DNA from: a virus
DNA length: 64,000 nt
IMG/VR virus record: IMGVR_UViG_3300035158_000222
Coordinates: 35,955 to 99,954 of that record
Strand: one strand, 5' to 3'
Position numbers and translations under genes: made by a program. Below are positions 59,562-64,000 of this stretch, piece by piece. The notes beneath the pieces were generated by a model. It made no database searches. It had not been told where the DNA came from and saw nothing but the letters and a program-made list of their open reading frames with translations. How positions within the stretch are numbered: the first letter of the stretch is position 1; the number at the start of each line of letters is the position of its first letter.

Positions 59562-59657
59562 GACTGAAAGTGGGATTCGAACCCACGTTCCCGCCGGTTG
59601 CTGGTTCAATAACCGAGCGTTCCTTGCGGAGTCCTTACCGACTAGACGATTTCAGTC
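59562..59657 (-). ncRNA. atypical tRNA-like RNA with an expanded anticodon arm
   Basis: Acceptor (G)ACTGAAA/TTTCAGT(C), D arm, T arm GTGGG-TTCGAAT-CCCAC; CCGC/GCGG encloses 31 nt. Confidence 0.65.
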
Positions 59658-59704
59658 TGCTCACCCTAACTGAATAGAGCGGGCATCGTTTTCCCAAACG
59701 AGTG

Positions 59705-59776
59705 AGCATGTACAGGGAATCGAACCCTGCCCCTCTGGTTGGAAGCCAGACGTGCCGCCGTCAACACCTCACATGC
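59705..59776 (-). tRNA. tRNA-Gly(TCC)
   Basis: TCTGG-CT TCC AA-CCAGA, full cloverleaf. Confidence 0.9.
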
Positions 59777-59843
59777 GTTTATGACAGAGGTACTGTGGAA
59801 TACCCGGGTTCGCCACAAGCACTCGAGCCTCTCTCCTGTCCGG

Positions 59844-59915
59844 AGCCTCTAGTAAGAGTCGAACTCACGTCAACGGATTACAAATCCGCCGCTCTGCCAA
59901 TTGAGCTATAGAGGC
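59844..59915 (-). tRNA. tRNA-Thr(TGT)
   Basis: GCGGA-TT TGT AA-TCCGT. Confidence 0.9.
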
Positions 59916-60011
59916 TTATGTTCCTTCCTGTGACAGTCGGAACATAGTATAATACATTTCTTTATTTCTTCCATGATTCTTTCTCGTCCCCATCCAAGCC
60001 TTCTCGCATAG

Positions 60012-60215
60012 TTAGCAGCAGTCGCTCTCGTATCTCTTTTTAAAATGCTTTTTACGAACGACTTCGAAGTCTCTCATGCGTCCGTGTTCGTTAGTGACAT
60101 GGCTAGAGTAGTCATATGGACCATTCTCACCAGCATCATAAATGACACCTAGATAATCTTCTAGGTCTCGTACTCTTTGTAAGAGTTTTTTGTACTTGCT
60201 TTTTCTTCGGAACAT
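60012..60215 (-). CDS. hypothetical protein
   Basis: 67-aa ORF between tRNAs. Confidence 0.5.
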   Translation of the reverse strand: MFRRKSKYKKLLQRVRDLEDYLGVIYDAGENGPYDYSSHVTNEHGRMRDFEVVRKKHFKKRYESDCC

Positions 60216-60249
60216 AATGGCTGATACTCAATTATTATGTTAATAAGTG

Positions 60250-60323
60250 TCGGAGAGGTCGGATTCGAACCGACGACCTTACGGACCCAAACCGTACGCC
60301 CTACCAGACTAGGCCACACTCCG
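60250..60323 (-). tRNA. tRNA-Pro(TGG)
   Basis: TACGG-TT TGG GT-CCGTA. Confidence 0.9.
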
Positions 60324-60433
60324 AGGCTTTTCAGAGGACCATTCCTGCTTTTGTTTGCCTTCTTCCCATGTAGTAGTGCACCACATACCGGCCCTCTTAA
60401 CGTATTTAATTTTAGGTTTTCTTTTAATCATAG

Positions 60434-60507
60434 TTGGAACGGTAGGATTTGAACCTACGACTACACGGATATCAGCCGTGCGCTCTACCGGGCTGAGCTA
60501 CGCTCCA
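60434..60507 (-). tRNA. tRNA-Ile(GAT)
   Basis: CACGG-CT GAT AT-CCGTG. Confidence 0.9.
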
Positions 60508-60513
60508 TGGTAG

Positions 60514-60585
60514 TTCAGGAGGTAGGATTCGAACCTACGATCTTCTGGTCCAAAGCCAGATGACTTGCCGCTTGTCCACTCCTGA
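60514..60585 (-). tRNA. tRNA-Gln(TTG)
   Basis: TCTGG-CT TTG GA-CCAGA. Confidence 0.9.
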
Positions 60586-60591
60586 GTGCAG

Positions 60592-60666
60592 CCGAGAGAG
60601 TAGGATTCGAACCTACGACATCCGGTTTAGAAGACCGGTGCTCTATCCGGGCTGAGCTATCCCTCG
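60592..60666 (-). tRNA. tRNA-Arg(TCT)
   Basis: CCGGT-CT TCT AA-ACCGG. Confidence 0.9.
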
Positions 60667-60741
60667 TGGAAGCGACAAGGGGAATCGAACCCCTGCTTGC
60701 AAGGATGAAAACCTTGTGTCCTACCATTAGACCATGCCGCC
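60667..60741 (-). tRNA. tRNA-Glu(TTC)
   Basis: CAAGG-TT TTC AT-CCTTG; encoded CCA. Confidence 0.9.
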
Positions 60742-60747
60742 ATACTG

Positions 60748-60821
60748 TGGACAGTGCGGGAATCGAACCCACGACCTCCGGCTTGCAAAGCCGATGCTCT
60801 ACCAGCGTGAGCTAACCGCCC
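60748..60821 (-). tRNA. tRNA-Ala(TGC)
   Basis: TCGGC-TT TGC AA-GCCGG; G3-U70 pair. Confidence 0.9.
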
Positions 60822-60827
60822 TAGATG

Positions 60828-60900
60828 CTCCTAGGGCTGGGCTCGAACCAGCGGCCTCCTGGTTAACAGCCAGGCGTTCCACCAACTGAACTACCTAGGA
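60828..60900 (-). tRNA. tRNA-Asn(GTT)
   Basis: CCTGG-CT GTT AA-CCAGG. Confidence 0.9.
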
Positions 60901-61088
60901 TTATCCTTGTGTTTTATATAAAAACCAACAGCAAGAATTCCTACTATCATACCTATTAAGAATATTGATATATCTACGATTAAGTCCATAGGAAGTTCTA
61001 TTGTATATTGATTAATTTTGTATATGGTCCTCTCACAATTTTCCATAGTTTCTATGTCATATGCCCGAGTACGGGGATTTGAACCAAG

Positions 61089-61160
61089 CGCCTCAAGGGA
61101 GAATCGAACTCCCAGCACCTGGTAGACAGCCAAGTATGTTAGCCATTACACCATTGAGGC
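61089..61160 (-). tRNA. tRNA-Asp(GTC), nested replacement copy
   Basis: CTTGG-CT GTC TA-CCAGG; its 5' end overlaps the endonuclease stop codon. Confidence 0.88.
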
Positions 61161-61598
61161 TTTCCATCTGTATATAGTATTGTAGGATACGTTAATCTCT
61201 TTGCCTATTTCTCTATATGATAATCCCTTATTTAATAATTTATCTATTTGTTTTCCTCTCTTAGTATATTCTACTTCAGCTGCTTTGATGTCATGCTCTC
61301 TATCTTTAAGAATATTAAGCGCAGTTATAGCTTCTTGTTTCTTAACTTTCAAATGAGGAATTATCATTTCAAGAAATAGTATAAGATCTGATGACTTACT
61401 ATGATAATATGTCCATGCTTGCTTCCAATGTTTCTTTCTAGTCTTTACCTTAGTTATACCGCCATAGCCTAAGAACTCTTTGATCTCATTTAGTATTTCT
61501 TTATTTGTCTGTGATATCTGTATTCTAAATCTTTTGTTTCTTGCTCTAGTAATAGTACCTTCACCATCAAAGAATCCAGCTAAATATTGTATATTCAT
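61146..61598 (-). CDS. free-standing LAGLIDADG homing endonuclease with C-terminal HTH
   Basis: YLAGFFDGEGTI, ISQT, IIPHLKVKK, LSYREIGKEINVS. Confidence 0.92.
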   Translation of the reverse strand: MNIQYLAGFFDGEGTITRARNKRFRIQISQTNKEILNEIKEFLGYGGITKVKTRKKHWKQAWTYYHSKSSDLILFLEMIIPHLKVKKQEAITALNILKDREHDIKAAEVEYTKRGKQIDKLLNKGLSYREIGKEINVSYNTIYRWKASMV

Positions 61599-61672
61599 AT
61601 ATTCGTAGTTAATCCCCCGGATCTCCTGCGTGACAGGCAGGCGCTTTGAACCTGACTAAGCTACACCCGGTC

Positions 61673-61748
61673 TGGTGTCCCGGGCGGGAATTGAACCCGC
61701 TGCGCCTAGGGCTTCAACCTAGCGCTCTACCGGTGAGCTACACGAGAC
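61673..61748 (-). tRNA. tRNA-Phe(GAA)
   Basis: CTAGG-TT GAA GC-CCTAG; encoded CCA; one bulged nucleotide in the acceptor stem. Confidence 0.85.
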
Positions 61749-61828
61749 ATGTGGAAGGGGTAAGGAGATCACCTTCCACGGAGCAGTCTCTGAAAAGAGA
61801 CCGCGAAAACACCTTATCTATAAATGAA

Positions 61829-62182
61829 AGAACAAAGTGCAAGCGAGGTGGGATTACCATCACCCACAATCCTCGACGTACTATCAGCTTTTAGATTTGA
61901 GCCATCCATAGGCCCACCTATGGACTGCTGCCCTTGCCGTACGTGGCTTCTTGGGCAATCCGTACCACGGCGGCAGAGTTCTGGCCGAGGCCTTCGACCT
62001 TCCTCCACGTCCGTTCACGTTACGGAGCCAGATTCAGTTTATTTGCTGGCACTTTGCAACCAGTAGGTACAGTAATATTCTGCGAGAATGCACGCTAGCC
62101 CCTTTCTCACCTGTCGGGCGTCGCGCCGCACTAGGCCCTGATTCCTACAACCTTATTATGCGACTCACCTGCACTTTGTTCT
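61829..62182 (-). ncRNA. large multi-stem structured ncRNA candidate
   Basis: 13-bp terminal stem AGAACAAAGTGCA/TGCACTTTGTTCT enclosing many hairpins. Strand inferred from the flanking tRNAs. Confidence 0.7.
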
Positions 62183-62188
62183 CTATTG

Positions 62189-62260
62189 GGTGTCTAGAGA
62201 GAATCGAACTCTCGTTGACGGGGCCACATCCCGCTGTTCTACCATTGAACTATAGACACC
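62189..62260 (-). tRNA. tRNA-His(GTG)
   Basis: GCGGG-AT GTG GC-CCCGT; G-1:C73. Confidence 0.9.
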
Positions 62261-62265
62261 GTAGT

Positions 62266-62342
62266 TGGCACCGGGTCCGGGTGTTGCGCCCGGTACTTCG
62301 GTTTTGGAGACCGATGTGATAGCTGTCGTTCACCAACCCGGC
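62266..62342 (-). tRNA. tRNA-Trp(CCA), non-canonical T loop
   Basis: TCGGT-CT CCA AA-ACCGA; T loop CGCAACA; encoded CCA. Confidence 0.8.
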
Positions 62343-62348
62343 TTGTTG

Positions 62349-62419
62349 AGCTCTGGGTCGGGGTCGAACCGACGATTGATGGTCTGCAACCACCCGCCTT
62401 ACCACTTGGCCACCAGAGC
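62349..62419 (-). tRNA. tRNA-Cys(GCA)
   Basis: GGTGG-TT GCA GA-CCATC; U73. Confidence 0.9.
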
Positions 62420-62472
62420 CTGTGGGCCGGGTAGGACTCGAACCTACGATATCCCTGAGGGAGCCGGGACTG

Positions 62473-62555
62473 TGGGCAGTGAGAGAGTCGAACTCCCTGA
62501 GCCCGAAGGCAACTGGTTTACAGCCAGCACCGCTACCCCTACGGATTAACTGCCC
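62473..62555 (-). tRNA. tRNA-Tyr(GTA), nested replacement copy
   Basis: GCTGG-CT GTA AA-CCAGT, long variable arm; its 5' end overlaps the HNH stop codon. Confidence 0.88.
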
Positions 62556-63012
62556 TTGTTTGAGAGTGACAGTTTGGACAAAGTATCTGTAAGTTTTCAA
62601 GTCTGTTATCTGTATGATCCTCATTAAGATGATGAAGATGTAGTACTAGTTTGTTCTTATTCCAGATATTAGATTGTCCGCACTTTTCACACTCTTCTTT
62701 CTTTAGCTTGAACTTATATAGCTTTTCTTTAATCCTGTGACTTTTCCATCCAAGACCATTCTTGCATAATACATATTTCTTGAATGTTTCTACAGTATGT
62801 TCATTAGTTACATTTGCTTTGGTTGATGACCATCCACGTTTCTTGAAGTGAGAGGTATTTATTCCACATTCCTTGATGCGTTTGCATATCAAGTTATGGC
62901 TGCCACCTCCGACCCTTAGGCCAAGCTCTCTTACTATATCTGCTACGTTATTATGTTTGTTAACAAGCTTGGTTAGTAATTGCTTGGTATATTTTGATGA
63001 TCCTTTCTTCAT
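62539..63012 (-). CDS. HNH homing endonuclease
   Basis: CEKCG...W....LVLHLHHLNEDHTDNRLENLQILCPNCHSQT. Confidence 0.92.
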   Translation of the reverse strand: MKKGSSKYTKQLLTKLVNKHNNVADIVRELGLRVGGGSHNLICKRIKECGINTSHFKKRGWSSTKANVTNEHTVETFKKYVLCKNGLGWKSHRIKEKLYKFKLKKEECEKCGQSNIWNKNKLVLHLHHLNEDHTDNRLENLQILCPNCHSQTRAVNP

Positions 63013-63116
63013 AAGTTCTAAGTTAACCCGGAGTAATTGCCGCTATACGACCGACCCATTATAAAGCCTACTGGTTACACCAGTGATGATGGCTATAATA
63101 ATGTTGTCGGCTAGTA

Positions 63117-63470
63117 TTACGCATAGTTCATGGGTAGTTCGTACGGGTATGTCTTGCCAGGTTTTTTGCCCCTGTCAAGAAGATATACGAACTCTATATT
63201 ATATAATTCTGTTAAAGATTCTCTTAGTGTCCGGTAGGGAGCAATGGCCGCAATGATCACACTCTTCTTCTCTTCAACGCTGATCCTATAGGCCTCACGC
63301 CCGATCTCCAGGCAGTTAAGATACCGGCCGTTCTTAGACATATCACGGTTCTTTGTCTTTTTCCGGAAGTCGTCGCCGTCTATGATGACTGAATCGGGTA
63401 TTAATTTCGCTAGCTTCCGGGACAATGTTGTCTTACCGGAACCGCTATTACCTGTTATCCATAGGATCAT
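63117..63470 (-). CDS. adenylyl-sulfate kinase-like P-loop kinase
   Basis: ILWITGNSGSGKTT, IDGDDFR, IAPYR.LR. Confidence 0.75.
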   Translation of the reverse strand: MILWITGNSGSGKTTLSRKLAKLIPDSVIIDGDDFRKKTKNRDMSKNGRYLNCLEIGREAYRISVEEKKSVIIAAIAPYRTLRESLTELYNIEFVYLLDRGKKPGKTYPYELPMNYA

Positions 63471-63471
63471 A

Positions 63472-63806
63472 TTATTGGTTATACTCGACTAATCTAGCTA
63501 TCCACTGTTTAAATTCTCTATAGCTGTAAGAGTGTTTCGCTCTGTTGCATATAATACACGCGGTAACACAGTTGCTTTTAATATAGCCGAGTTTATTATT
63601 TACCCTATCGATACCATTATATGTAACGTCTTTGCCACCTGGATACTTTCTTTTAAGGGTTTGCCATGGCTGGCATCCACAATAATGACATGGTAGAGAT
63701 ATTAGTAATTTGAATCTTTCAAGGTATGGTCCTTGGCACTATCAGTCTTACTCAAGACTACCCAGTGCCCGAACTTCATCTTCTTTATATTTCTTAGCTT
63801 TGGCAT
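63472..63806 (-). pseudogene. internally deleted / frameshifted HNH endonuclease
   Basis: N-terminal MPKLRNIKKMKFGHWVVL in one frame. CHYCG...NGIDRVNNKLGY..SNCVTACIICNRAK lies in another frame, preceded by stops. Confidence 0.7.
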
Positions 63807-64000
63807 TTCTGATTCTTGTTCCAGATATAGATTCAAGCTCCGGTGATAGTCTGATTTGATGATAAGAATAGCCCGGGGTTCGTCCGACTACTACGCCCTC
63901 TATATCGGGAATAGTTATTATCTTTAATAAATTGTTTCCTCCAAAGGCCTTGCGTACCATCTTCTTTCGTTCCTTGTATGTATGCGGATTATCTTTGCTC
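63748..64000 (-). CDS. C-terminal part of a cytidylyltransferase-like nucleotidyltransferase (5' end outside window)
   Basis: SKDNPHTYKERKKMV...IPDI..VVVGR.PGY...ISGTRIR. Confidence 0.65.
   Translation of the reverse strand, partial: SKDNPHTYKERKKMVRKAFGGNNLLKIITIPDIEGVVVGRTPGYSYHQIRLSPELESISGTRIRNAKAKKYKEDEVRALGSLE

Larger units (their letters stand above)
61064..61670 (-). pseudogene. tRNA-Asp(GTC) split in the T arm (5' part 61615-61670, 3' part 61064-61085)
   Basis: Joined halves give acceptor CCGGGTG/TACTCGG, anticodon arm CCTGC-CT GTC AC-GCAGG and T arm CGGGG-TTCAAAT-CCCCG. Confidence 0.85.
62423..63057 (-). pseudogene. long-variable-arm tRNA (probably Tyr) split in the anticodon loop (5' part 63025-63057, 3' part 62423-62471)
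   Basis: Acceptor GGGTCGG/CCGGCCC+A and anticodon stem CCGGG/CCCGG pair across the insertion; variable arm TCCC-TCA-GGGA; intact T arm. Confidence 0.8.

Noticed and set aside
61086-61614. Group I introns within the Asp and Tyr tRNA genes
   Set aside because: The inserts are filled by the ORF and a nested tRNA. No P7 (GAGACT/ATAGTC) core is present, unlike in the capsid introns.
61829-62182. RNase P RNA or tmRNA
   Set aside because: There is a partial resemblance (AAAGTGCCAGCAAATAAAC), but no GAGGAAAGTCC/ACAGAA..CGGCTTA P4 pair and no tRNA-Ala-like ends.
59702-62624. ORF-track proteins overlapping tRNAs or the ncRNA (e.g. 59702, 60237, 60515, 61646, 61814, 61951, 62250, 62265)
   Set aside because: These are spurious translations of RNA genes.
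1-64000. Stop-codon reassignment
   Set aside because: Long genes are intact in code 11, and TAA, TAG and TGA all terminate tightly coupled genes. No suppressor tRNA was seen.

Overview
This window is a 64 kb segment of a large tailed dsDNA phage genome in the standard genetic code. It is probably podovirus-like, and the host may be a bacterium with few Shine-Dalgarno sites such as Patescibacteria/CPR (inference). Layout: (i) 1-29.2 kb, minus strand: tail and virion genes, HU, and a 5943-aa LysM/polyvalent probable ejection protein. (ii) About 29.2-30.5 kb: a divergent, mostly non-coding control region. (iii) 30.5-46.9 kb, plus strand: early/accessory genes including UDG, a MoxR AAA/vWA pair, an HNH nuclease and many small paralogues. 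(iv) 47-56.7 kb: head module with an intein-containing gpA-type terminase, portal, scaffold, and a major capsid gene split by two group I introns around a 7-nt exon. (v) 56.8-64 kb, minus strand: modification enzymes and an array of 15 intact tRNAs plus structured ncRNAs. The most notable feature is a stand-alone RAMP/Cas7-like gene (33898-34485) followed by a non-coding array (34794-35202). The array has five units, each built of 12-14 strict 5-nt modules (variable dinucleotide plus conserved WGT-like triplet), separated by AATGCTTCT. This is a candidate non-CRISPR, non-contiguously coded RNA-guided system. Second, two homing-endonuclease cassettes each split a tRNA gene while carrying an intact replacement tRNA.
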